NCBI RefSeq assembly: GCF_009914755.1
Contig: NC_060925.1
Length of the DNA stretch: 64,000 nt
Strand: one strand, 5' to 3'
Origin: the human T2T-CHM13v2.0 reference genome, Homo sapiens
This document shows, one piece after another, positions 1-16,181 of this stretch; position 1 is the stretch's first letter; the number at the start of each line of letters is the position of its first letter. Position numbers and translations under genes: made by a program. Below the pieces are notes generated by a model. It was not told where the DNA came from, did no database searches, and saw only the letters and a list, made by a program, of their open reading frames with translations.

Positions 1-777
1 GTATAGTCCCATTAATCTATTCAAATAGTTTCAGGTTAGTCATTTTCTCCTTGAAGAAGTTTGCTGTGCATTCATATACAGGTAATGTCCCTCTTTTGTT
101 TGCTCTCAGAACACTATAGCTCCCATATTAACATGGGTGCTTGCCTACTCACCTATGGAACCAAAATATCTATGAGGACAGAAGACATATTAATTCTATT
201 TACAGCTGTATCCTTAATAACCAGTAAAATGTATAGATCCTGATAATAAGTCAGTAAATAGTTTTGAATAAATAAACTAGCTGGAAATCGTCAATTATAC
301 ATTAGTAAGAAGCCAGAAGTATACTACAATACTGTATCTTGCTGATATTGAGCTACTCTGTTACCCTTAAGTTAGTGTAAAGATACAAGTTTTTCATTGG
401 AGGAATCCAAAATTATTATAAATCCTGGCATGATATTTACCTTCACTAAAAATTAATTATGATTCAAAAGGATATAGAGCTAGATTATTTATTTAAACTA
501 GGGCACTGGAAATTTTATAAAACTAGTACTCAGGTATCACAGTAGTTAAGAGAATAATAGTGTACTGCAATGAGGTCAAAACTGAAGAGGGCCTACAGGG
601 TCTTTTGAAAGACCTACATGAGTGTCAGCTGCCATAGGTCAGGAATGAGGACAGTTCCTTGTGATTTGTGAGAAACATTTACTCTATGATCTTCAGAGAA
701 AGACCAACTGAGGAAAGCATGGTTATAAAGTGACATTCAAGCCCTTCTCATAAAAGTCCCATAAAGAAAGGACATTC

Positions 778-1685
778 TCAAGAAAGTGAAAAGACAACCC
801 ATAGAATGGGAGAAAATATTTGAAACTCATAAATCTGATAAGGATCTAGTATCTAGAATATATAAAGAACTCTTACAAATCAATAATAAAAAACAACCCA
901 ATTTTTAAAGTGTACATCGAATTGAAATAGATATTTTTCCAAAGACATATGAATGCCAATAAACGCATGAAAAGATGCTCAATATTGTTAGTACTTATGG
1001 ATGGAAATACAAATCAAAATCACAATAAAGTACCATTTCATACCTACTAAGATGGCCATAATTTTAAAATTGTTGTTGGTGAGAATATACAATGATGCAC
1101 CTATTTTGGAAAACAGATTGTCAGTTCCTCAACATCAAACATGTGACCCAGAAATTTTAATCCGGTGTATATGCCTAAGAGAGTTGAAAGCACATGTTCA
1201 CACAAAAACTTGTACATGAAGGATAGCTGTATTATTCATAGCAGCCTCAAATTGGAAACAATGCAAATGTCCATCAACTGATGAACGGATAAACAAAATT
1301 TGGTATATCCATGCAAATGAATATTATTCAGCCATAAAAAGGAATAAAATACTGATACATGCTACAACATTGATGAACCTTGGAAACATGCTAAGAGAAA
1401 GAAGTAAAACACAAAAGACCACATATAGTATGAATCTGTTTATACAAAATGTCCAGAATACAAATTTATAGAGTTGGAAAGTAGATTAGTAGTTGGTAGG
1501 GGATAGAGAGAGAGGGGAATGGGGAATTATTGCTATTGGGTATGGGTTTTTTGGAGGTGATGAAACTGTTCTAAAATTAGATAGTGGTCATTTTGCACAA
1601 CCTCACAAACATACTAAAATCCATCAAATTGCACGTATTAAAATGGTGAACTTTATGATATATGAACTATATCTCAAAACAGTAT
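778..1685 (+). mobile_element. Old L1 3' portion (L1MB7-like; ORF2 end + 3'UTR)
   Basis: gacaacccatagaatgggagaaaatatttg (RQPxEWEKIF-like) and L1MB-type 3'UTR ending gtgaactttatgatatatgaactatatctcaa. Confidence 0.85.
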
Positions 1686-3099
1686 AAGAGACTGTAACAA
1701 CAGAAAAATACTTATGTAATAATTTTTATGTGAAAAACATAGTACTTGTTGCCCATAGGGCATGATCACATATATAGGAAGGAATTGCACTGAGTAAAGA
1801 TGGGAAGACATTGCACCCAAATATTAACAGAGGTTGTCTCTGTGTAGTGGGGTGATGTAAGATTTTATTTTCTTCAATTAAAAAACAATTTCAGCTCTTC
1901 TATTATAAACATGCATTTTCATAATGAAAAAAATTAAAAATTGTTAAAAGTACCATAAAGAGAGCAGATGATGTCATAGTGCTTGCAGACTCTTCTAGAC
2001 TTTAGAGTCAAAGTCAGAGCTTGCCACCTATGCCGGGCAAGGAACAAGAAAGGTGTGTCAGTTTATCATGAAACAGAATGACTCTCAAAATTGATGTTGT
2101 GTCAGGAAGTACTCTGCTACTGGCAAGAACTTTTTAAATTCTAGTTGGGTTATACAAAGCAACCTTGAGAGAGTAATTTGAGATTGAAGGGTACCGGGTG
2201 ATTGCTAGAACTCATTTATATAATTAGTGAAGAAAGTGCCTTTTTAGAGATTCTCATATATGAGTATGGATTTATGGTGACTCAGTGCCAGTCATGTAAA
2301 GTATATATTTTTAAATTTTCCTGGACCAAATAAAACAAGATTTTTAGCCTCATTTTGGCCCATAGGCCCTATTGATGACCTCTATTCTGGTGTTTCACTT
2401 GAGTGGAATAAATGTGGAGGTCAATGAAGTTGGATCCATAACCCCAAGAGAAAAGGATGTTGTGTGGGCTGTGTACGTGTAAAAGTCCCTTGACTGTGGA
2501 TGATACAAGGTTTGTGGATGGCAGGGAATAGGAGAGCAGGACATGATACAGGCAGACACATGGGCTTCAAAGGAGCTAATTTATTTTTACATTAATTTGA
2601 AGGGATAATGGACTGGAAGTAGTACTGGAGAACAAAGAGAGGAGGGATGTGTAGTAGGAAACACCTATTTGAGCAGCTGCAGGAAAAACAATATCCTCAG
2701 GGAATAACAAGTTTTAAGTTAAGGCTAGAAGTTGGAAGGAGTATTTAGTGAAGAAGTTAAGAGTTAGGAAAACAGATTTATCATAGCAGCAAGCCCAGTG
2801 GAAAGGCTTGATGGGGAGAGGAGGACAGGGTTGTTGAGGCATAGACAGTAAGAGGACTAAAGCTCATGTAGCTAACAAGTACTATGGGAGCCCAAGTGAA
2901 TTGAAAGTGCTGGTAGGTTTGTCATGGCCACTGAAAAGGCTCATAATGTGTTTAAAAATAAGCATAAGACATGAGTATGACAAAATTGGCCACAAGAAAA
3001 AGAAATTGTCATTGATGAGAATTCAACCTTGGATAATGTTTTTAAAAATCTGACTCATAATTTTATTTGAAACTGGAACCTCAAATACATAAAGGTTTA

Positions 3100-3500
3100 T
3101 CAAATGCTTACTATGTCCTGAATTCTGTGGTAACTAGTTTAGTCTAGCAACACTTTTAATCTTCACAAAATCCTATGAAATAGATAATCCACCACTTACT
3201 GTTTTGTTTCTTTCACTTGATTTTTGTGCCTTATTTTCTTCACTTGAAAAATAGGGCTGATAGTAATAGTATGTACATCACAGAGGATTAAAAGAGACAA
3301 TCCATGAGACACTGTCTAGTGCCAGGTCCATAAAGCTTACCTATTATTACCATTACTACTTCTTATACGACTGCTAATATAATGACTATTGTTCTTGCCA
3401 TTTCACAGATGAGGCTAAGAGAGATTGAGAAACTTGTCCAAAGTCATGTCGCACAGCGAATACGCAGAGGAGTAAGATTTCAAATGCAAATATCCTCACA
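3100..3500. mobile_element. MIR fragments in both orientations
   Basis: MIR core motifs ccatttcacagatgag and aaacttgtccaaagtca, plus an opposite-strand aaaatagggctgatagtaata. Confidence 0.6.
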
Positions 3501-3524
3501 TTACTCCTCTTAGCTTTGCTGAAG

Positions 3525-3935
3525 CATTTGAATGGCTTCCATTTGGTTTTAAGATACACACCAAAATTCTCAACAAAACTTGTATGATCTAAACTGCACT
3601 TACCTCTAAGTTTTATACTATGTTTCCCTCTCTCTGTGCTCCAGCCACAATGATCTTCTTTTACTTCCTGTAAGTCAGGTTGCTTGTTCTCTCCTCATAA
3701 ACGGTTGTGTAGTACTATCTCTGTGTCAGTGGCACTCACTGTCTTACATATTTTCATCCTTCCATGAGAAGAGTTCATCTTTTCTTTAGGGAAGCTTTTG
3801 CTAACTTCTCTGACTAGGATAATGACCCAGTCACATGTTTTCCTGAAACTGCATACCTCTTCTTGGTAACACTTAACATAGCTATAATTTTTTTTGTGTG
3901 TTTTTCTGATTAGTACATTTCCTCCAGTAGACACA
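3525..3935 (+). mobile_element. L2 3' fragment
   Basis: aatggcttcc...caaaattctcaac...ctgtgctccagccac, typical of L2 3' ends. Confidence 0.55.
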
Positions 3936-4501
3936 AGTCATCCTCTTTCTTTATTCTCCTTTGTGGGTCTGACCTACTATTTAACATGGAGAGGCTGAAA
4001 GAAAAAAAATTAACTAAAATTGATTGCAAAAAAGAAAAGGAATAAAAGGAACACAGTAAAGTGTTAAATAATAAAACAAATTGGATAAAGAGTTTAGGAA
4101 ATGAAGTATTTTTAAAAGAGATGAATAAAAAGTAAGAACTAAGTAAAATAATGTAAAAAGATGTATAAACAAGTAAATAATGAACTTAGAAGAAGTAAAA
4201 TAAAATGTGGACCAGCAACATAAAAACATTGGATTAGGCATTCAAGACAGGTGAGAACAAACCGTCCCTGACAGCTGAATACCTAGGCCCTGGTTTCAGA
4301 CAGGGACTTCTGAGATGAGACAAGATCCAAGGAGATGGGAGCAGGGAGGGTGTCAGACCATGGGCTACAAGAGCTTTAGGGAGCAAAGGTAACTATTGCG
4401 TTTGCTTTCTTTTGAGAAGTTTTAGGTTGTTTTGTCAATGACAGCTAATGTTTGGCAAAGTGGTAACACAGGAAGAAAAATGTATTTCTTAGCATAATTA
4501 T

Positions 4502-4848
4502 TGATATGGTTTGGATTTGTGTTCTTGCCCAAATCTCATGTCGAATTGGAGGAGGGGCCTGGTGAGAGGTGATTAGATCATGGGGGTGAATTTCCCCCTT
4601 GCTGTTCTGGTGATAGTGAGCTGATCATTTAAAAGTGTTTGGCACCTTCCCCCACCTCTTTTCCTGCTCTGCCATGTAAGACGTGCTTGCTTCACCTTTG
4701 CCTTACAATGTGATTGTAAGTTTCCTGAGGCTTCCCACTCATGCTTCCTGTACAGCCTGTGGAACTGTGAGTCAATTAAACCTCTTTTCTTCATAAATTA
4801 CCCAGTCTCAGGTAGTTCTGTATAGCAGTGTGAGAACAGACTAATACA
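4502..4848 (+). mobile_element. MaLR solo LTR (MSTA-like)
   Basis: Starts TGATATGGTTTGGAT, ends gactaataca; degenerate 5-bp TSD attat/attct. Confidence 0.9.
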
Positions 4849-5936
4849 ATTCTCTATAAGGAAGAGATCTACATGTCTTCTAACGGGCAGGCTAAACATA
4901 AAAAGGTAGTCACAGACTACGATACTTGTGTTTTGCCTGGGGTGCATAAGGTGTGTAAAGTGAAGGATAGAGTATAATTAGGAAAATAGAAGAGATTTTT
5001 AGAGGCCATGTTGGGTAGAGAGAAGAAAGCCAATGAGGAATAAAGCCAACTTCTAGCAGAAATGACAGTTAAGAAAAGGGCCTCAGTTTTAGGTGATAAC
5101 TGCCTGATAGTATGCCACTGATTCATAAGAAACGGGAAGATAAAACAAGGGGTGAGCAAAGATTTTGGTGGGAAAGATTTGATAACTATAGAATTAGTGT
5201 AGAATATTGTAGGATGAGTTCAGTTTTAGAGTCAAGACCCTCTGTGTTCAAACCATACCTCATCACATTCTGTTAGTATTAGCTTTTATGCTCCTCAGAC
5301 TGGAGTGAAAAATGGAGAGATGTGCTCAGTGTTTCAGTTCTTTCTGAAAAATAATTTTACTAGCAGTCATAAACATTTTTTACACTGACAAAAAGCACAT
5401 ATATTTTGAAGTAGGATGAAACATTTGCCTGACGAATTTAAAAAATAAAGACATTTCTCACTGATTAGTAGTAGCTGTGGGATATGCCTTCATATTTCTT
5501 GCAGCCCATATTCAATTTCCTTTGTCATTAAGAGGACTTTAGTTAAAAAAAAATAATAAAGAGGCTGTATGAACCTGTTTTGAATCACTATAAAATTGGG
5601 GTTGGGTGGTGGTGGAATGACTTTGTATATCTAACCACCTAGCCCTGATCCTGACATATGCTCAGTGACTGAAAGTACTATTTTCCTTGCCCTGCTCCTC
5701 CTCTCTTCCATTTATGACAAGAATAGGTGATGCTTCAATTTTTATTTAACCATTTTTTTAAATTCCTCTTCCAATATTGGGCAACTACAGATCTTTCCAA
5801 CCAAAATCTTTGCTCACAGGAATATCTATAAAATATTTCTATATCAAATATATAGTGGAGGATATTCTTTTAGAAAATATTCAATATATACAGGTATAAT
5901 TTTATTTTTTACTTTTTTTAAAAAATATATTCCTTT

Positions 5937-8100
<2,164 letters not shown>

Positions 8101-8829
8101 GTGAGATATATATTCATTCTGTATATTCAGGTCATAAAACACAATTACATTTAAAAGAATTTTAGACAGAAGCGACTTTGAATATATTACAGCTGCAATG
8201 CAGAAACACATTAAAGTTTTATGGATAAACATTTTTTCCACTGGAGGGTGCAATTTGTCAGTATATCAAAATAGTCACAGTTCCTTTAATGAGTATACTT
8301 TATAAATAATATCAGAGAGCTGATTATTTCCAAGACACTAACATAGAATGCTGAGCAGATTTCATGAAACTTTAAATAAATGAAATTTCACCAATAGGAA
8401 TATGGGCTTTATTCCACAATATCCTTATGTGGAATATACTTACAATTAGGATCAAGTAAGCTGAACATAATTTTATTCTTCTGTTACCTTTTTTGGATAC
8501 CATATATGACTTTCTTGGCTATTAATACTGCAAAAATATATACTAATAATTCATGCTGAAGATACAGTCCTACTTATAATATTATTAAGTTTTATAGTTG
8601 TTTTCTTTAGCAGTCTATGCATTTATTTACAATTCTTTATGAAATATGGATTTATTTTATTAGACTTTATACTCAGTAATAATGAGTAGTCTAAGATGAA
8701 ATGTAAATTAAATAAGCATAAAACTAACATACATTTAACAAACTTTCTTTTATTATATATATCATATAGTATGAAGGCTATTAGATAATATGTGCTTGAG
8801 ATATAATACTAATGAAACAAATTATAATA

Positions 8830-9060
8830 AAAGCTAGTATTTATTAAGCACTGGCTAGGTGTTAGGCACAGTTCTATATTTATTAACTTTGCATTTGTAA
8901 TTTACTTCCTTATCACAACAACCTCAACAAATAGGTATCATTTTCTCCATTTCACAGATGAATTGAATGTGCCAAGATTTCTTGTCCAAGTCCATACAAT
9001 TAATACCAGAACTCCACCGAGATGGCCTGGCTCCAGGGCCCAGATTTAATCACTATTCTA
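8830..9060 (-). mobile_element. MIR
   Basis: tatttattaagcac...cacaacaacctc...ctccatttcacagatga. Confidence 0.7.
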
Positions 9061-9256
9061 CAGCTATGTTAACCTTGTTGATGCCATCCACTGCTACTCA
9101 AATACCAACGTGTTGATTTTTATTTTAGACACTTGAAGACAGGCACTTTCCATTATGAATTAATGTTTCAAAGATATCCATCAAATATGTATTTGTGTTT
9201 TCTATTCTGCCTAAATTAATAGAACTTCTTTAATTATGACTTAGATAAATGAACTT

Positions 9257-9670
9257 GTGGCAGAGCATCTTAATTGCCTACCCCAGCAGCTCTTTCCATC
9301 CCTCTCAGTAACAGAACACCAATATTTTGCTGGCATATTGCCACAGTATAAGGCTGCATTTTCCAGCCTCCCTCTCAGATATTAATGGCCACATAAATGA
9401 ATGGGCAATGAAATGTTAAGTGTAAGTGTTGTGTGGAACTTCCAGGGAGTCTCCTCAAAAGCGGAGGTCTGTGATCTTGCTACACTTACTCTTAATTACT
9501 CTTTTCCACTACCTGCAATGTGGGCATGAAAACAGCTGGAGCTTAACAGCCATTTTGGATCTTGGGGCAGGATAACAGAATGACAGCCAGACAAGGCAGG
9601 AACTGCTGTTTCCTTTAAGCCCATATTTTGAAGCTTTCTCGCATACACAGCTGTATCTAATCCTACTAAC
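9257..9670 (+). mobile_element. Old MaLR LTR (MLT1J-like)
   Basis: tgtggcaga...cattttccagcctccct...gctggagct...cagccattttg motifs. Confidence 0.6.
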
Positions 9671-9737
9671 AAGTTTGATAGGTTTTAAGAGTTCATTTTG
9701 TCTATCTTTTGAGCCTCGGTCCACCCCAGACCACAGC

Positions 9738-10050
9738 CTTTCTTTCTTTTTTTTTCTTTTTTTCAGACGGTAATCGCACTCTGTCACTCAGGCTGGAGTG
9801 CAGTGGTGCCATCCCTGCTTACTGCAACCCTGCCTCCTGGGTCCAAGCTATTCTCGTGCCTCAGTCTCCTGAGGAGCTGGGACCACAGGAGCACACCACT
9901 ATGCCCAACTAACTTTTGTATCTTTTGTGGAGATGTGGAGATGGGGTTTCGCCATGTTGCCCAGGCTGGTTTTGGACTCCTGAACTCAAGCCATCCACCT
10001 GCCTCAGCCTCCCAAAGTGTGGGGATTACAGGCATGAGCCACTGCACCCA
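9738..10050 (-). mobile_element. AluJ (Jb-like)
   Basis: Poly-T followed by an antisense Alu dimer with gttgcccaggctgg and ctcaagccatcc. Confidence 0.93.
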
Positions 10051-10572
10051 ATTGATGTGATTCTACCATGAGGTCATCAAATATCCTTACAGGCTACATG
10101 AACTTTGAATATGTTATTAAGCTACTAATATATTTTATGCTTATTTTTTACCTCATAATTTTTTAAAGATCATTTCTACCTGAAGTCCAAAATTAATTAC
10201 TTAAATAATTCTACAAGTAGTAGTAACTTGTGTAGTAGTGATTAGTGATTGACTTTTAAATTGTCAATTATTAAAATACTTTAGTTTTTGCAGATTATAT
10301 TTCCCCTTTTGTAACCAGGAAGATACTTGTTTTAGACTGTGTGTTTGTGCCCTGTCCCCTGCCACCCATCTGTTGAAATCCTAACCCCCAGTGGGATAAT
10401 ATTAGGAGGAGGTCAGGCCTCTGGGCAGTAATTAGGTTTAGATGAGGTCATGAGGGTAGAGCCCTCATGATGGGATTAGCATCCATAGAAGAAGAGAGAG
10501 ACAAGATTCTCTCTCTCCGTGTGTGTTCTCACACCAAGGAAGGCCATGTGAGGTTGTTTTCAGGAAAAGGAC

Positions 10573-12938
10573 TGTTTCCATGCTGCTGTAAAGATAAACT
10601 CAAGATTGGGAAGAAAAAGAAGTTTAATTGGACTTACAGTTCCACATGGCTGGGGAGGCCTCAATCATGGCAGGAGGTGAAAGGCACTTCTTACATGGTG
10701 ATGACAAGAGAAAATGAGGTGATGCAAGAGCAGAAACCCCTGATAAAACCATTGGATCTTGTGAGGCTTGTTCACTACCATAAGAACAGTATGGGGGGAA
10801 ACTGCCCCCATGATTCAAATTATCTCCCACCAGGTTCCTCCCACAACATGTGGGAATTATAGGAGTACAATTCAAGATGAGCTTTGGGTGGGGACACAGA
10901 GCCAAACCATATCATTCCATCCTTGACCCCTCCAAATCTCATGTCCTCATATTTCAAAACCAATCATGCCTTCCCAACAGTCCCCCAAAGTCTTATCTCA
11001 TTTCAGCATTAAGCCAAAAGTCCACAGCCCAGAGTGTCATCTGAGACAAGGCAAGTTCCTTCTGCCTATGAGCCTGTAAAATCAAAAGCAAGCTAGTTAC
11101 TTCCTAGATACAATGGGGGTACAGGTATTGTGTAAGTACAGCCATTCCAAATGAGAGAAATTGGCCAAAACAAAGGGGTTACAGAGCCCATGCAAGTTCG
11201 AAATCCAGAAGGGTAGTCAAATTCTTTTTTTCTTTTTCTTTTTTTTTTTTTTTTTGAGATGGAGTCTCGCTCATCGCCCAGGCTGGAGTGCGTGGCACGA
11301 AGGGCAGTCAAATTCTAAACCTCCAAAATGATCTCCTTTGACTCCATGTCTCACATCCAGGTCATGCTGATGCAAGAGGTAGGTTCTCATAGTCTTGGGC
11401 AGCTCTGCCCCTGTGGTTTTGCAGGGTATAGCCCCCCTCCTGGCTGCTTTCACAGGCTGGCATTCAGTGTCTGTGGCTTTTCCAGGCTCATGGTACAAGC
11501 TGTCAGTGGATCTACAATTCTGGCGTCTGGGGGACAGTGGCCTGCTCCTAGTGGAGCCCCCACACAGCTCCACGAGGCAGTGCCCCAGTAGGGACTCTGT
11601 GTGGGGGCTCCAACCCCACATTTCCCTTCACTGCCCTACCAGAGGTTTCCATGAGGGCCCCGCTCCTGCAGCAAACTTTTGCCTGGGCATCCAGGCATTT
11701 CCGTACATCTTCTGAAATCTAGACGGAGGTTCCCAAACTTCAATTCTTGACTTCTGTGCACCCACAAGCTCAATACCATGTGGAAGCTGCCAAGGTTTGG
11801 GGCTTACGTCCTCTGAAACCATGGGCTGAGCTGTACCTTGGCCCCTTTTAGCAATGGCTGGGACACAGGGCACCAAGTCCCTAGGCTTCACACAGCACAA
11901 GGTCCTGGGGCCGGGCCCATGAAACCATTCTTTCCTCCTAGGCTTCTGGGTCTGTGATAGGAGGTGCTGCCATGAAGACCTATGACATTCCCTGGAGACA
12001 TTTTCCCCCTTGTTTTGGGGATTAACATTTGGCTCCTTGTTACTTATGCAAATTTCTGCAGCCAGCTTGAATTTCTCCTCAAAAACTGGGTTTTTCTTTT
12101 CTACTGCATCGTCAGGCTGCAAATTTTCTGAACTTTTATGCTCTTTTTCGCTTTTGAAATGAAAAGCTTTAACAGCACCCAAGTCACCTTTTGAATGCTG
12201 TGCTGCTTAGAAATTTCTTCCACCAGATACCTTAAATCATCTCTCTCAAGTTCAAAGTTCCACAAATCTCTAGGGCGGGGCAATATGCCACCAGTCTCTT
12301 TGCTAAAACATAGCAAGAGTCACCTTTACTCCAGTTTCCCAACAAGTTCCTCATCTCCATCTGAGACCACCTCAGCCTGGACCTTATTGTCCAATATTAC
12401 TATCAGCATTTTGGGCAAAACCATTCAACAAGTCTCTGGGAAGTTCCAAACTTTCCCACATTTTCCCGGCTTCTTCTGAGCCCTCCAAACTGTTCCAACC
12501 TCTGCCTGATACCCAGTTCCAAAGTGGCTTCCAGGTTTTTGGATATCTTTTCAGCAACGCCCTGCTCTACTGGTACCAATATACTGTATTAGTTCGTTTT
12601 CATGCTGCTTATAAAGACATACCCTAGACTGGGAAGAAAAAGAGGTTTAATTGGATTTACAGTTCCACATGACTGGGGAGGCCTCAGAATCATGGCGAGA
12701 AGTGAAAGGCACTTTTTACGTGGTGGCAGCAAGAGAAAATGAGGAGGTGCAAAAGCGGAAACCCCTGATAAAACCATCAGATCTTGTGAGACTTATTCAC
12801 TACCATGAGAACAGTATGAGGGAAATTGCCCCCTTGATTCAAATTATCTCCCACCGTGTTCCTCCCATAGAATGTGGTAATTATGGGAGTACAATTCAAG
12901 ATGAGATTTGGGTGGAGACACAGAGGCAAACCGTATCA
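10573..12938 (-). mobile_element. Full-length THE1 (THE1C-like) MaLR: LTR 10573-10914, internal region, LTR 12585-12938
   Basis: Two homologous LTRs ending ccaaaccatatca / caaaccgtatca; THE1 internal sequence between them; 5-bp TSD aggac at 10568-10572 and 12939-12943. Confidence 0.93.
11226..11298 (-). mobile_element. Severely 5'-truncated Alu (~45 nt + tail) inside THE1 internal region
   Basis: Poly-T + gagatggagtctcgctc...ggctggagtgc; 18-bp TSD gaaggg(t/c)agtcaaattct at 11208-11225 and 11299-11316. Confidence 0.92.
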
Positions 12939-13294
12939 AGGACCCTCTCCGAGAACCTGACGATGCTGACATCCTGATCTTGGACTTCCAGCCTCCAGAA
13001 ATAAATGAGAAATAAATAGGTGTTATGTGTGCCACCCAGTCTGTGATATTCTGTCGTAGTAGCTCAAACTGACAGAGACAGGCACTGTGGTGTACTCTTC
13101 TTGAGTTCAAATAAATTTAAAAGTATTTTATGAGATTAGTAACATGATATGATAGTAAAGAATAAGTATGACACAGCCATTTTCTATAAAGGAACTTGCA
13201 AACTTCCTAGCTTCCTGGCATTTCCTCTTTGCTCAGACACAAGCCTAGAGTCTTCTGATTTGTCTTTTCCCTTCCCCCAATCTTAATTAATTAT

Positions 13295-13605
13295 TTATTA
13301 ATACAATTTCAACTTTTAGATTCGGGGGTACATTTGCAGATTTGTTCCATGGGCATATTGCGTGACACTGAGGTTTGGGGTATGAGTGATCCCGTCACCC
13401 AGGTAGTGAGCATAGTGCCCAACAGGTAGTTTTTCAGCCCTTGTTCCCCTCCTTCTCTCCCTTCTCTAGTGGTTCCCAGTGTCTGTTGTTCTCATCCCAT
13501 GTCTACGTGCACTCAATATTTAGCTTTCACTCGTAAGTGAGAACATGGGGTATTTGGTTTTCTGTTTCTGCATTAATTAGATTAGGATAATGGTCTCCCT
13601 GCTGA
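13295..13605 (-). mobile_element. L1PA15/16-like 3' fragment
   Basis: gatcccgtcacccaggtagtgagcatagtgcccaacaggtag; gtaagtgagaacatg. Confidence 0.85.
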
Positions 13606-13814
13606 TTTTAAACTTGCCCTCTGCCTCTCATTTCAAAGAAAAAGAATAATGAGTCTTGTTCTAAGGCCTTTTCCTCACGATTTAAGCAGGGTTTGGGGCA
13701 AAAATAAAAAAAAGACCTACAGCTTCGCTCTTGATTAGAAGATGACCAAAAGTCTATGGGAGTTATGGAAATCATACAGGTTTTAAGATTCAGCCATATG
13801 TAATAACAGTAGCA

Positions 13815-14040
13815 ATATATTATGGTTTTAATAATGCTATCTTCTATAGCATTTATAATATGTTCAGCACTACACTAAGTGCATTATATGTATTAAGTCA
13901 TTTCATCCTCACAACACTCTAAAATAAGTACTAATGTTTTGCAGCTGAGAGAACTCAGTCACTGTGATATTAACTTGCTTAAGATCACTCAGCTGAAGTG
14001 GAAATACCAAGACTTCAACTCATGTTTTTGGCCTTACAAT
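13815..14040 (-). mobile_element. MIR
   Basis: cactacactaagtgcatt...catcctcacaacactct...taacttgcttaagatcac. Confidence 0.65.
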
Positions 14041-14639
14041 ATTACTATAAAGTCTTAATCCATTCAGATAATTGTTAGAATTATTGCATTGAATTAGCTC
14101 AATGAAAAATACAATTGGAGAAATATAAAATCTATACTAAATATTTTTTGATCTGTACTATCAGATTCTCTTTCTTGGATCGAAGTGTAAATTTGTGTAA
14201 ATCACTGTTAGAATATGCGTTGCATTAATAAGATTTTTATTTTTTTAACCACCTTTGATAAGTTCCACAAAAATTTTAGTAGTTACCTCAAATTCTTCAT
14301 TTTTTTTCTATTTTATGGGATTTCACCATGTATAGGTCTTAAGATGGATATGACAACTCAAGTTTAGATTCAGTCTTGGGAAATAATCACTATGTGGCAA
14401 ATTTACTATCTGATAAGTTATTGATTGTATCTAGTTCTCTTCACTTCTGGTTGCTCTTGCAGGTAAATAAAATTATCCACTTCCATGTCTACCAGTGGTA
14501 TGTGAAAGGAAGTAATAGGTAGGACTAGAAAGATCCTTTAAAATCAATCAATTACTCCTTGTATTTTTCAGAGAAAAAGAAGTCCCAGACTGATAAAATA
14601 GTCTTGACCAACATAATTTACCCAAAGAAAAGGTAGAGG

Positions 14640-14880
14640 TGAATATAGAGCATGCACTCTAGTATCAGGAGTTCTAGGCTAAATCTTGGCTTTGCAATTG
14701 ATTAATCAAAAATCTTAGACATGTTATTTAGTCTCTTGGAGGATCAAGTTTTTAACTGGTAAAATTAGAGATATTAAAGATGATAGTATCTCTCATGAAA
14801 TTGTCATGATGATCAAATGCTCAAATATAAGGCACAGTGTTTTGCAAACTATTAAGTGTTATACAAATGTTTAGCTGTAA
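14640..14880 (+). mobile_element. MIR
   Basis: tcaggagttctagg...cttagacatgttatttagtctct...ggtaaaattagag. Confidence 0.55.
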
Positions 14881-15698
14881 TTAATAGACTTTGCTTCCCA
14901 ATTTGGAGAGAAATGCTATAAAATGTGTACACCATCAACAATTTGGAGTTGGTTCTTGTATGAAGACAAGAACAGAAGAAATTATAGCTTCTTTATTACA
15001 TGTTTTATAAACAGTTACAGGCATTATCTTAAATACTAAATAATTAGACTACAATTCCTGCTTCATTTTAAAGTCATATGTTTATAATCTCATAAAATTA
15101 TTTTTAGGGTTGCCCAGTGCAAGTAGAACAGGACTACCCCCCTCATCATCTTATTTTTGATATTTTTCATAAATCACATTTAAAATTTGAAAGGAATGTC
15201 TACCATTTGCCCACTGCCAGACTCCTCTTATAAGGTATTCCACATGCCTGTTGCCAGGTGAGTAGACATGAAACTGGATTCTGGGAGAGCTGGAATCAAA
15301 GAGGGATGTATGCTAAAGTCAGAAAAGGACAACAGGGGAACACTCTCCCATGATACAGGATTTGATACCCTGGCAAGGACCCTAGGAAACAGTGCAAGCA
15401 TGCTGATAGAATGAAATTTGTAGTATGAAGAAAGTGATGAGCCACAATAAGCGATGTAGAAAATGCTAGAATTGACATCCCAGAGGGTGAAATAAGGGAT
15501 TAAAAGACTAGGCAAAGTGGGCATGCTAAAGTGGATATACCATGTATATGGAAAGATCACCAGATACCTAGTTTCCATGGAAGGCCTAGAACCATCACTG
15601 TTTGCAATCAGGAACATTTTGGTGAGAGGAGTACCAATATCAGAGTCTTAGCAGTAGCTCTCTTCTGTAGACCAGGGCTGATGATAGCAGACGCTATT

Positions 15699-16181
15699 TG
15701 TAGTAGGCTGAATAGTGCCTACCCCACCTCGACCAAAGATGTCTATGTCCTAATTCTCGGAACCTGTGAATGTGTAACCTTCATAGTTTAAGGGACTTTG
15801 CAGATTTAATTAAATTAAGGATTCTGAGATGAGGAGATTATCCTGGATTACATAGGTAGGCCCAAAGTAATTACAGGGGCTCCTTATAAGAGAAAGGTAG
15901 GAGGGTCAGAGTTAGAGAATGCAATGTGACAATGGAAGTAGGGGTTGGAATGATGCAGCAATGAACTAAGGAATGCAGGCAGCCTGCAGAAGCCAGAAAA
16001 TGCAAGTAAATGGATTATTCTCTAGAGGATCCAAGGGAATGCAGTTCAGGTAACACTTTGATTTTAGCCTAGTGGACATATTTTGGATTTTGACATTCAA
16101 ATCTGCAAGAGAAGAAATTTTGTGTTGCTTTAGGCTACTGTGTGTGGTAATTTGTTACAGTAGTAATGGGAAATCAATACA
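15699..16181 (+). mobile_element. MLT1D-like LTR
   Basis: tgtagtaggctgaatagtgcc...ggaacctgtgaatgtg...ggtaatttgttacag...aaatcaataca. Confidence 0.85.

Larger units (their letters stand above)
10328..13080 (+). mobile_element. MLT1A-like LTR split by a THE1 insertion (pieces ~10328-10572 and 12944-13080)
   Basis: gttgaaatcctaaccccc...ggccatgtgagg on the left; gatcttggacttccagcctccagaa...agaca on the right. Confidence 0.8.

Noticed and set aside
10467-13110. Cluster of 60-184 aa ORFs on both strands
   Set aside because: All fall within THE1/MLT1/Alu sequence and are typical repeat-derived translations
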